This document shows positions 17,987 to 26,623 of a stretch of DNA of 61,295 bases, piece by piece. Below the pieces are notes generated by a model, which was not told the origin of the DNA, ran no database searches, and saw only the letters and a list, made by a program, of their open reading frames with translations. Origin of the DNA: Methanosarcinales archaeon (GTDB lineage: Archaea; Halobacteriota; Methanosarcinia; Methanosarcinales; Methanogasteraceae). The DNA lies in assembly GCA_004211975.1 (NCBI GenBank), contig RXIK01000113.1, forward strand, positions 1-61,295. Reading direction: 5' to 3'. Position 1 is the first letter of the stretch; every line of letters begins with the position of its first letter. The position numbers and the translations under genes were made by a program.

Positions 17987-19702
17987 TCATTTTAGTTCCT
18001 CATATCCGCTGATTCCAACGACATGCTTCGCAAGATACATGGCATCGGATGATTTTATCTCGCCGTCGCCATTGACATCTGCAGCCTCTTCATCGATCGT
18101 CGTAAATCCGGGCTTCTTGAGCACGTACTTTGCAAGATACATGGCATCGTGTATGTCCACTATACCATTGCCATTGACATCACCGTTCATGGATACGCCA
18201 CCGGTGTACGTTCCGTTCCGGACGATATACGGCATCTGGTTGCCCACAGGGGTTGCATCCTTGAATGTCACAACACTCAGGTTCAGCGAACAGTTGCCAC
18301 CGTTGACAGGTTCAAGCACAACATTTGCAAAGGTGATCTCTCCGGAGAGTCCCTGGTTACCGCTCTGGTACGTGCCGATACGCACCAATCCCTCGTGTGC
18401 GTGCTCGAGATTCGCAACGGTTATGTCCATGTCCCCGCCGGTCACCCCGGTTACATTCACAACAGCAGGATCGAATGTGAGCGTTATGTCACATGCACCA
18501 ACGTCCACACCGTTCTTGATTCCAATCGGCAGGGTCACGTTTCCGACACCATCACCGATGCTGATTACGGCGACACTCGTGTCTGCCACGATGATCGATC
18601 TCGTGTTATCGAAGACCACCGGGTTCACGCCGTCATCCATCGTTACGTTCACATAATACGTGCCGTAAGCGACAGTATTATCGCCGTCGTCTGTTCCGTC
18701 CCATATCTTTGGGTTTGGGTCCTTCACACTTGCTGAGGTGTACAACGTCTTGATAACACCGGTTGCGTTCTCAATATTGATAGCAGCCGCCACAGATTCT
18801 GAGAACTTGACATCAATCTCGGTGTCATCCATCACACCATCTCCGTTAGGGGAGATTGTGGAGTTGTAGATCGTGTATGTAACGAGAGTGGGGGAAGGAT
18901 TACCCTGTGCGAACGTTATGTCAAAGTTAAATATCCCTCCCGCAGCGATATCGTCTGCTGCGATGGTGCGATCGGTTGTACTGGAATCAGAACCGCATGT
19001 CACGTTGAATTGCAGCGCATCGCCGGAGTTAATATCTGCTGGCATGCCGAGCACGAGCATGTAGTAATCGCTGCCAGCAGTAGTCGTAGCATCCCAGCTT
19101 ACACCTGTGTTCGTGTTCGTTATCTTAACCGACGGATCACTGCAGGGGGTGCCATCCGAGCCTGTCACACATCCATCGATCACAAACGGCAATTGAGGTT
19201 CTGTTCCCCCGTTTCCACCGCTGACTGTGATCGACCCATTTGTCACCTCAAACAGAATCGGTGTTGTCTTTGACGTATCCCTCAGTTTGGTAACATCCAG
19301 ACCGAGCGGTGTTGAGCCGGTCCCGACCGCCTCGAACGTTACACTGACAAATTCAATGTCGCCGCTCACGCCACCGATATTCCACGCAGAAATACTCACG
19401 ACTCCGGCAGTGTTATCCGCATTATGCGCAGTAACAGTAGAGTTTGTATTACCGGTAACACCAGTAACATGCACCACTGCCGGGTTGTACGTGATGCTCA
19501 TCGTTCCGGTGCCGTAGTTCCGGATATCCTTGAGCATGACCTCCGCGGTCACAGTTCCGCCGGCATCACACGTAAGGTCGCCGATTGATACTGTAGTTGC
19601 GCTGGCAGTGGAACTGCTGCCACTACCAGCGATCATCGGCACAAGCATCATCACAACGAATATTGTGATTACCTGTGCCATACTTTGTTTCATTCGTTTC
19701 AT
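17987..19702 (-). CDS. Adaptor scaffoldin: cohesin, NYY beta-sandwich, FlgD-Ig-like, cohesin, dockerin
   Basis: Signal peptide. Two cohesins. LPFVIDGCVTGSDGTPC..TNTNTGVSWDATT..DYYMLVL module. C-terminal half parallels 12365..14083. Dockerin GDVNGNGIVDIHDAMYLAKYVL / ADVNGDGEIKSSDAMYLAKHVVG. Confidence 0.8.
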   Translation of the reverse strand: MKRMKQSMAQVITIFVVMMLVPMIAGSGSSSTASATTVSIGDLTCDAGGTVTAEVMLKDIRNYGTGTMSITYNPAVVHVTGVTGNTNSTVTAHNADNTAGVVSISAWNIGGVSGDIEFVSVTFEAVGTGSTPLGLDVTKLRDTSKTTPILFEVTNGSITVSGGNGGTEPQLPFVIDGCVTGSDGTPCSDPSVKITNTNTGVSWDATTTAGSDYYMLVLGMPADINSGDALQFNVTCGSDSSTTDRTIAADDIAAGGIFNFDITFAQGNPSPTLVTYTIYNSTISPNGDGVMDDTEIDVKFSESVAAAINIENATGVIKTLYTSASVKDPNPKIWDGTDDGDNTVAYGTYYVNVTMDDGVNPVVFDNTRSIIVADTSVAVISIGDGVGNVTLPIGIKNGVDVGACDITLTFDPAVVNVTGVTGGDMDITVANLEHAHEGLVRIGTYQSGNQGLSGEITFANVVLEPVNGGNCSLNLSVVTFKDATPVGNQMPYIVRNGTYTGGVSMNGDVNGNGIVDIHDAMYLAKYVLKKPGFTTIDEEAADVNGDGEIKSSDAMYLAKHVVGISGYEELK

Positions 19703-19736
19703 TCTATAGTACCTCCATTCTGTTTTATTGAAGTGT

Positions 19737-20657
19737 TTATGTTGGGTGGGTGGACTCCCGAAGGATCATCAACACATCCAGCGCTGTGATCCAGCCATCC
19801 TCATTCACATCGGCTATCTGCGAGTATTCGCCCCGAACCACCATCTGTAGAGCAATCGCAGCATCTTCCGATGTGATCTTGTAATCTCCATTGAGGTCTC
19901 CCTGTATCTGCCCGATTGTGATGTTCAGGCTGAATCCGACGCTGTTGATCTCGTCAAGAGATATGCCATGACCTATTTCTGTTGACCTGCTTCCATCTGT
20001 AGCATTGAATCTCAGCGTTTCGCCGAGATCAACGTCATTGTGTAAGATGAGCGAGATTCTGTAGTGGTTATTGTCAGAATCGGTCTCTGCCTGCCACTCT
20101 GCCCCCCTGTCCGGATTGGTTACACCGACAAACGGACCGTTGCAGACACTGCCGTTTGGGTAGAAGATGTATCCAGTCACCGCAAATGATTGTGGCGTAC
20201 AGTGCCCTCCTGTTGTGAACAATCCGTTCACAGTCGCAGCAGGGATCGGGGAGAAACTGTTGTCGTTTAATTTGACGATCATGAGGTTGAGAGGGCTCTG
20301 GCAGGGTCCGACAGACCTTAGCGTGACGTTTGCAAAGAGTACGTCACCGCTCACGCCGCCCATGTTCCACGCGGATATTATGACGATTCCGGCGGTGTTG
20401 TTGATGCTGGGCGTCACAGTTGACTGAGGCGTGCCTGCAACACCTGTGACATGAACCACCGCAGGATTATAGGTGATCTTGATCGTTCCGGTGCCGTAAT
20501 CCGCGACATCCGATAGCACCACTGGCACGGTCACATCTTCGTGCAGTCCGCAGGTGACGTCACCAATTGAGACCGATGCCGCCTCTGCTGTGCAGACGTG
20601 AGCCACTGCCAGAACAGATGTGATGATCAGTGCTGCAATCAACAATCTTATCGACAT
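19737..20657 (-). CDS. Cohesin, NYY beta-sandwich, dockerin protein
   Basis: Start moved to MSIRLLIAALII (signal peptide), directly abutting the upstream stop at 20660. Cohesin (YGTGTIKITYNPAVVHVTGV). SFAVTGYIF..CNGPFVGVTNPDRGAEWQAET..NHYRISL module. Dockerin GDLNGDYKITSEDAAIALQM / ADVNEDGWITALDVLMIL. Confidence 0.8.
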   Translation of the reverse strand: MSIRLLIAALIITSVLAVAHVCTAEAASVSIGDVTCGLHEDVTVPVVLSDVADYGTGTIKITYNPAVVHVTGVAGTPQSTVTPSINNTAGIVIISAWNMGGVSGDVLFANVTLRSVGPCQSPLNLMIVKLNDNSFSPIPAATVNGLFTTGGHCTPQSFAVTGYIFYPNGSVCNGPFVGVTNPDRGAEWQAETDSDNNHYRISLILHNDVDLGETLRFNATDGSRSTEIGHGISLDEINSVGFSLNITIGQIQGDLNGDYKITSEDAAIALQMVVRGEYSQIADVNEDGWITALDVLMILRESTHPT

Positions 20658-20659
20658 AT

Positions 20660-21436
20660 TCACCTGCCACCTCCACGCTTTGTATTCCATGTCAGGATCA
20701 GGTACCCGAGTAGAATTGATAGTGAGATTGATACGATCCCGGATCCTGGAGCCACCTGTCCGGAAGCCGTCTGTAATTGTGCGTGTGCTGTATCAGCAGG
20801 TTCTGCGTGATCCTCCTCCGGCTGCGCCGAATCAGGCGATTCATCCGGTTCGGATCCTGACTCCGCACCCATCACCACATCAGGGAGCGGTGGTGTGAGC
20901 TGTGAGGGGGATTGCCCGCCAGAACCCTGTTCCGGTGTTGATGTGGGTGTTGCATCTCCGGAACCACCGGTTATCATGAATGTTCCATCACTCACCCCGG
21001 CTTCAATCGGCTTCATTGATGTGTTTACCATCTTGACGAGATCAAGGGTGAGTGTGCTCGAGCCCCCCTCACTTCCGACCGCTGTCAGTGTCACGTCTGC
21101 AAATACGATATCCCCGCTCACACCAGCAAGATTCCATGCGGATACACTGGCGATTCCGGCGGTGTTGTCGATGTCGGGTGGGGTTACTGTCGAATCGTCG
21201 CTATTCGAGATTCCTGTGATGTGAACCGCCCCGGGATCATACGTGATGTTTATCGTGCCGGCACCGTAGTTCGCGATGCTGGCGATTCTGATCGGCACGG
21301 TGACCTCGCCCCCGGTTGCGGCTGTACAGTCATCGATTGCTACAGTCACAGCCGCAACAGAGACCTGCACGGCTCCGACAGCCAGCATCAGCGCCAGAGA
21401 TATGATCATTACGGTTTTATGAGTCATCTGTTCCAT
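20660..21436 (-). CDS. Membrane-anchored cohesin protein (variant PGF-CTERM-like tail)
   Basis: ATG at 21436 (MEQMTHKTVMIISLALML..). One cohesin (YGAGTINITYDPGAVHITGI). Ser/Pro/acidic linker. C-terminal APGSGIVSISLSILLGYLILTWNTKRGGGR. Confidence 0.75.
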   Translation of the reverse strand: MEQMTHKTVMIISLALMLAVGAVQVSVAAVTVAIDDCTAATGGEVTVPIRIASIANYGAGTINITYDPGAVHITGISNSDDSTVTPPDIDNTAGIASVSAWNLAGVSGDIVFADVTLTAVGSEGGSSTLTLDLVKMVNTSMKPIEAGVSDGTFMITGGSGDATPTSTPEQGSGGQSPSQLTPPLPDVVMGAESGSEPDESPDSAQPEEDHAEPADTAHAQLQTASGQVAPGSGIVSISLSILLGYLILTWNTKRGGGR

Positions 21437-21510
21437 GTCATCCTCGTTTGCAAAAAGAATAGCCGATGGCACCCTTCCCGGATGCCATCATGCCATCACG
21501 CAACCACACT

Positions 21511-23751
21511 TCAGGGTGCAGACTCCAGCCCGACACTGTACCGGGCGATGTAGTATGCATCCACGATATCGACGCCGTCCCATGAGTCAGCCGGGATGGT
21601 GCCGGCCACGAACTCATCCGGTTCCGGCTCAAGACCGACTGTGTACCGTGCGATATAGTATGCGTCCACAATGTCCACAGCAACATCACTATCGCGCACC
21701 ACATCGCCGCGTATCAGAACCGTTAGCGGGATGCAGACGCCGGTGTTTGAGTTGCCACTCGTGTCAGTCGCATTAACAACGAGGCAGTGGGTCTCGTTCA
21801 CACCTGTTACCGCATTCACCTCTATCTCCCAGATCGTTTCGCTGCCATGAGTCATCTCTGCCGCGGAATCGCCGCCAATCGGTGTGAGATCGATCGTGAC
21901 AGACGCAATCCCTGCGGTATCAGTCACTGAAACGCTCAGCGTGGAGAGATTCGTTCCGGGAACGCGTGCTCTTCCGTTGTCGTTTAATATAACGTCAGGA
22001 GACGACTGCGGACTTCCCACGACTGGTGGCTCGCTCTCGCTCACCGTGAATGACCCGTCATCGTCGTAGACCGGAATATCGTTGTACGACGTATCTTTGA
22101 GCGTTGTTACGGTCAGATCGAGCGTGGTTGTGCTCCCGCTTGGTCCGCGAGCTTCAAGCGTCACGTTTGCGATGGCAACGTCACCTGACACGCCGTCTGT
22201 GTTCCATGCAGAGAATGTGACAACCCCGGATGGGTTGTTGATGTTCACGCTTGATACTGTGGAGTCAGGAGTGTTATCAACGCTCGTGACCCACGCAACC
22301 GATGAGTCGTACTCGAGTTTGATTGTTGTCGTGCCGTAGTTTGTGATGCCGTAGACCGTTATCGGTGCGACGATACTCGAGTCGCTGGTCACGACGTAGT
22401 CGCCGATATCGACTCTCAGCGCAGAAGTGGCTACACTCACACTCTTCTTCTCAGATCTCGTGTAGTCTGCCCATGTTCCCTTATCCGCATGGATCTGATG
22501 CGTCCCGGGCGATCCCAGTGACATTGTAAGCGTACCATCAGGACCTGTTGAGTCGTGTGGTGCACCATCAACATAGACCTCTGCGGCATCAACAGGCTCG
22601 AACAATCCGGAAGTGCCGTTGTACGCTGTGACGGTTGCTGTGAATGTCTCACCGAGCTCAACATTGGTCTTATTAAGCTCTATTGCAAGCGGGGGTGCTG
22701 TCCATGCTCCGAAGTACCAGAGCACCTCATCAGAATCAGCGAGCGTGTACTCAGCGGCGCCAACCCATGGTGAAACGTAGTTCACACGGTACATCCAGCC
22801 ATCCCCGCCGATCGCAGGCTCGCTGTTGATCTCAGAGACGTACAGTCCGTAAACCGCGTTCTCAGCCACATATCCAAATCCGCCTGATTTGTCTGCGCAG
22901 TCGAGTGCTCCGAGTGCTGTTGGCTCATTTAAGTAGTGGACAGAACCATCGGATGCTGTGATCGTTGAGTTACTGAACGTGACGTCTCCGGTCCAGACCG
23001 TATCAGTCGTACCCTCTATTCTCACGTTTGCTGTGACTGTGAGTTTTTCGAGGACGTTCACAGTCTGCAGGAGATCATTGTTCGTCTCATCCGACTCAAC
23101 TATGACGCCAGATGCGTCTGCCGTTACGGTGAGTGTTGCACTGCCTGTTGCGGCTGGCGTCCAGAGGAGCATGACGGTGGTGTTCTCTCCGGCTGCAAGC
23201 GACGCGATACTCACTGTGTCAACAGTCGTACTACCAACATCAAGCGTCACATCGAAACTTCCGGTATTGTCCGTTCCGGCATTCTCGACTGTTGCGCTGA
23301 TCGGGTTGATCACATCGTTGCGCAGATTGGTTGGCGCAGTGACTGTGGTTACGATTAGATCAATATCTGCGGTGGCTGGTTCAAGCGTTATATCCTCGCT
23401 GAACCCTCCGGTATCAATCTCAGCCAATGCTATCGTATGTTCCACCATCATCGACTCTGAGCATCCTGACGCATCGAATCGCAATACGTCGTCTATGCTC
23501 ACGTTCTCACTGTCGAGCACGAGCAGATAGCTGTTCGATGTTGCTAAAGTCACAGCGTTCCAGATCAGGCCGGTGTTCGTGTTCGTTACTTGCACCACTG
23601 CACCGTTGCATGGAGCACCAGTCGAATCAACTACATATCCATTGATCACAAACGGTGTCGATGGTTCTGCCATCGCTGGCGCAGCAAGTATGAACAGTGC
23701 TACAGCCAGCAGTGCGCCCATTATGTTGTTAGTTTGTATATTATATTGCAT
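21511..23751 (-). CDS. Multidomain dockerin protein: NYY beta-sandwich, CARDB, DUF4430 (transcobalamin-like C-terminal domain), Ig, cohesin, Ig, variant dockerin
   Basis: AGGAG 7 nt upstream of the ATG. Signal peptide. DUF4430 hallmark ..GGDGWMYRVNYVSPWVGAAEYTLADSDEVLWYFG. Cohesin (YGTTTIKLEYDSSVAWVTSV). Dockerin RGDVVRDSDVAVDIVDAYYIARYTVG / WDGVDIVDAYYIARYSVG. Confidence 0.8.
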   Translation of the reverse strand: MQYNIQTNNIMGALLAVALFILAAPAMAEPSTPFVINGYVVDSTGAPCNGAVVQVTNTNTGLIWNAVTLATSNSYLLVLDSENVSIDDVLRFDASGCSESMMVEHTIALAEIDTGGFSEDITLEPATADIDLIVTTVTAPTNLRNDVINPISATVENAGTDNTGSFDVTLDVGSTTVDTVSIASLAAGENTTVMLLWTPAATGSATLTVTADASGVIVESDETNNDLLQTVNVLEKLTVTANVRIEGTTDTVWTGDVTFSNSTITASDGSVHYLNEPTALGALDCADKSGGFGYVAENAVYGLYVSEINSEPAIGGDGWMYRVNYVSPWVGAAEYTLADSDEVLWYFGAWTAPPLAIELNKTNVELGETFTATVTAYNGTSGLFEPVDAAEVYVDGAPHDSTGPDGTLTMSLGSPGTHQIHADKGTWADYTRSEKKSVSVATSALRVDIGDYVVTSDSSIVAPITVYGITNYGTTTIKLEYDSSVAWVTSVDNTPDSTVSSVNINNPSGVVTFSAWNTDGVSGDVAIANVTLEARGPSGSTTTLDLTVTTLKDTSYNDIPVYDDDGSFTVSESEPPVVGSPQSSPDVILNDNGRARVPGTNLSTLSVSVTDTAGIASVTIDLTPIGGDSAAEMTHGSETIWEIEVNAVTGVNETHCLVVNATDTSGNSNTGVCIPLTVLIRGDVVRDSDVAVDIVDAYYIARYTVGLEPEPDEFVAGTIPADSWDGVDIVDAYYIARYSVGLESAP

Positions 23752-23780
23752 ATCATATCTCCTATATTATTCTTTTATGA

Positions 23781-24905
23781 TCACCCACAGGTGGCAGTGG
23801 TCAGCGTGACCGACCCTGCATAGTTCCCGACAGGTGTTCCATACGGCACGTTCAGCCTGAAATCCACGTTTTCAAGGCTCGATGCGCCTGCTTCAATGTT
23901 CACATCGAAGCATCGCGCCACACCAAGATCCAAGTAACCGAGTGCCGCGACCCGGGCATCTATATAATCCCTGGTGATCGTATTACTGCCAGAGGTCATG
24001 TCTGACCCGGCTATGTTCACGTCGACCTCCACATTGCCCGTGTTCCGGACAGTCGGACTACCCGTTGTCCCCATATCCGCATCTCCCGGTATGGTGCTGT
24101 TCTCGCCAGGACTGACTAATCCGAATGCTATCATATCGGCATCAAGACTTACCGCGTTGCAACTGGTATAGTTGAACGTTGACGAACCGGTACCTGATAA
24201 CCCTCCTGCATCCTCTGCCACGACCGTTACCGTATACTCAGTCGGTGCGTCATAGAACTGCATGTCAAACGTTCCGGCATACGTTGCTGTGTTCCCGATC
24301 CCGCTGCCGGATTGATACAAGAGCGTGACAAGACCTGGACCGCCATGAGCCGGATCCGGATTGATATCTGTTATGGTCACAGTGCTGATATCGTCAAATC
24401 CGCCGGGATCACTCACAACAGCAGTTACCGTAACGGTCTTTGCACCGCCCGGATATGGATCGATCTGAACTCCAGGTGTCACACCGTCATCATCCTGAGT
24501 TATTGTGATGCTGTCCACAGTAGGTGGTGCTGCTTGCGCAGAAAGCATCACATTGAAGCCGGAGAGTCCGCCACTGCCGATATCATCCTGAATCACCGGA
24601 TGGATTGTGATGTTGTAGTAGGTTCCGTTGGTGGCGTTACACTCAAGCACATCGCCAACACTCACATCAGCGGTGTCGAGGATGAGATGGTAATAGTTAT
24701 AGCCACTATGCGTCTCAGCCTGCCATGTCCCACTGGTATCCCGGTTGGTTACATCAACAGTGGGATTATCGCATTCGCTTCCATCCGCGTTAAAGACCCA
24801 GCCAGAGATTACAAATGGCGTTTCCGCACCGTCCGCACTCACCTGCGATGCACCCGGAACCAGCAGAAAGATCGCAATCAGTGCCAGCAATCCTTTCGCA
24901 CTCAT
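23781..24905 (-). CDS. Secreted NYY beta-sandwich, cadherin/Ig-like, C-terminal beta-domain protein (fibre/adhesin-type)
   Basis: Signal peptide. ETPFVISGWVFNADGSEC..NYYHLIL. Ig-like modules. C-terminal domain ending FRLNVPYGTPVGNYAGSVTLTT. ATG overlaps the upstream stop (ATGA at 24902-24905). Confidence 0.7.
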   Translation of the reverse strand: MSAKGLLALIAIFLLVPGASQVSADGAETPFVISGWVFNADGSECDNPTVDVTNRDTSGTWQAETHSGYNYYHLILDTADVSVGDVLECNATNGTYYNITIHPVIQDDIGSGGLSGFNVMLSAQAAPPTVDSITITQDDDGVTPGVQIDPYPGGAKTVTVTAVVSDPGGFDDISTVTITDINPDPAHGGPGLVTLLYQSGSGIGNTATYAGTFDMQFYDAPTEYTVTVVAEDAGGLSGTGSSTFNYTSCNAVSLDADMIAFGLVSPGENSTIPGDADMGTTGSPTVRNTGNVEVDVNIAGSDMTSGSNTITRDYIDARVAALGYLDLGVARCFDVNIEAGASSLENVDFRLNVPYGTPVGNYAGSVTLTTATCG

Positions 24906-26623
24906 GATACCACCTCAAAGAGGTTAGCCGCATCATACCTGTTCTGCTCACCATCGCAGCATCCATCGAGATAGTATGGTGAATCCTCGCATCCAGCCCG
25001 GCAGGCATCCCATGTTGCGGATACAAAACCATACTGACCATGAGATGCATCAGCAGGAACAGTCCAGCCAAGATGCACGGTTGCGGTGTCTCCCGTATCC
25101 AGATAATCGGTCTTCTTCCACTCTGTGTTGCAGTACGTTCCATCCGGATAGTGTGCTGCACCACCGATATAGCCATAAGCGGATGCACCATCATTTCGGA
25201 TATCGACTGCAAACGTCATCTCATCGCCCGGATGAACTTCGGTATCATCCGGCGTTATATCAAGTACAACCATATCCGGCTGCAGTGTGCATGTCACATC
25301 CACCCGGACATAATCGGTGCCAATGGATGATCTGAGTACCCATCGCCAGAACTTCCGCTGAGGTGTGTTCTGCTCTGCAATTATGGTGAGTGAACCTGAA
25401 TCATCGATGTAGTCCACAATGTTCTCTGTTATGCTTCCTTCAAGGGTGAGATGGGTGGAGAAGCTGCTCGATAGTTTCTCATAGCAGCCACTCTCAACGT
25501 TCCAGATGTAGAGCGTTGCACCCCCTGTGTCCCAATAGTGATACCCTACACCATTCCACAGGATGTTAATCTCTGTTATACTTGACTCTGGTTCGTCTAT
25601 CGAGAATTTGAACCTGTGTATAGCATATTTTCCGTTTGCAGATGTTCTGTCGGTCTGCATCGTACTATCGTCTGCCATGATCTTTTCATACTTTGACTGT
25701 GTGAACTCGATAGCAGGAACCTTGCTTGTGGCGGGTGGCTTAGCACCATACTGTTTCCGAAATGCCCATCGGTCTCCACCGGCTCCGGTTGTGAAATCAT
25801 AGGTGGTCACAACCTCCTGCGGCATTACCGTTAGCAGGATGTTAACGGCGGTATTCGTGTTCCTGTTCGGGCTGTCATCGGTTGCGGTGACAGGAAGACC
25901 ATACATTCCCGGCGTCGTTCCGACCGCGGCAGTCGTAGTAGTAGTATAGGCGTCGGTGCCCGCGATGCTGGTCATCGGCTGCTCATGATTGCCCCCAATT
26001 GATGAGAGGTCGATTGTGACCGCATAGATCCCGCTTGCATCGGTGACATCCACGCTCAGTTCGGATCCTTCCACGCCATCCGCAACAATTGAGGCAGGGT
26101 CTGCAACCGGATTGGCAACATTAGGCGGCGTTACATCTCCTGCTGTGTGGAAGTAGGTGAAGCTCTCCTGTCCGGTTCCTGAAAGCCCGCCGGCATCATC
26201 TGCCGTAATAATCACGGTGTAGTCGCCTTCCGCATGGTCTGACATGTTGAAGACACCTGTGTAAACCGCAGTGGTAACGTCAATCTCATGATCAAACGTT
26301 AGACTCACAGGACTATCCTCAACAACCCCTGGACCTGTTATCTCTGCTGTGACGGTGCCTGTCAGGTCGTCCCAGCCGTTCATATCGACAACATCCGCTG
26401 TGATCGTAACTGCCCGGTTCCGGGATTCCCAGTCCGGGTTGATCACCTGCACGCCCGATGTTGCCGGATCGTCGTCAGGCGCAAGCCCCACCTCCACCGC
26501 AGGGGCTGCATTGGGCACGGCTGCACTCGATGCCGCATCGTTTGCTGAAACGGATGTCAGGTAGAATGCAGAACATGCGATCAGAACTACCAGTACGATC
26601 GGTATAGTTTTACTGATTCTCAT
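24902..26623 (-). CDS. Secreted multidomain protein: cadherin/Ig-like x3, uncharacterised ~170-aa module, Cys-rich CARDB-like end
   Basis: Signal peptide. NAAPAVEV.. module. Ig-like PPNVANPVADP..VTATDDSPNRN. Module TYDFTTGAGGDRWAF..KYAIHRFKFSID..TLYIWNV..DYVRVDV, shared with the propeller proteins. 4-nt overlaps at both ends. Confidence 0.7.
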   Translation of the reverse strand: MRISKTIPIVLVVLIACSAFYLTSVSANDAASSAAVPNAAPAVEVGLAPDDDPATSGVQVINPDWESRNRAVTITADVVDMNGWDDLTGTVTAEITGPGVVEDSPVSLTFDHEIDVTTAVYTGVFNMSDHAEGDYTVIITADDAGGLSGTGQESFTYFHTAGDVTPPNVANPVADPASIVADGVEGSELSVDVTDASGIYAVTIDLSSIGGNHEQPMTSIAGTDAYTTTTTAAVGTTPGMYGLPVTATDDSPNRNTNTAVNILLTVMPQEVVTTYDFTTGAGGDRWAFRKQYGAKPPATSKVPAIEFTQSKYEKIMADDSTMQTDRTSANGKYAIHRFKFSIDEPESSITEINILWNGVGYHYWDTGGATLYIWNVESGCYEKLSSSFSTHLTLEGSITENIVDYIDDSGSLTIIAEQNTPQRKFWRWVLRSSIGTDYVRVDVTCTLQPDMVVLDITPDDTEVHPGDEMTFAVDIRNDGASAYGYIGGAAHYPDGTYCNTEWKKTDYLDTGDTATVHLGWTVPADASHGQYGFVSATWDACRAGCEDSPYYLDGCCDGEQNRYDAANLFEVVS

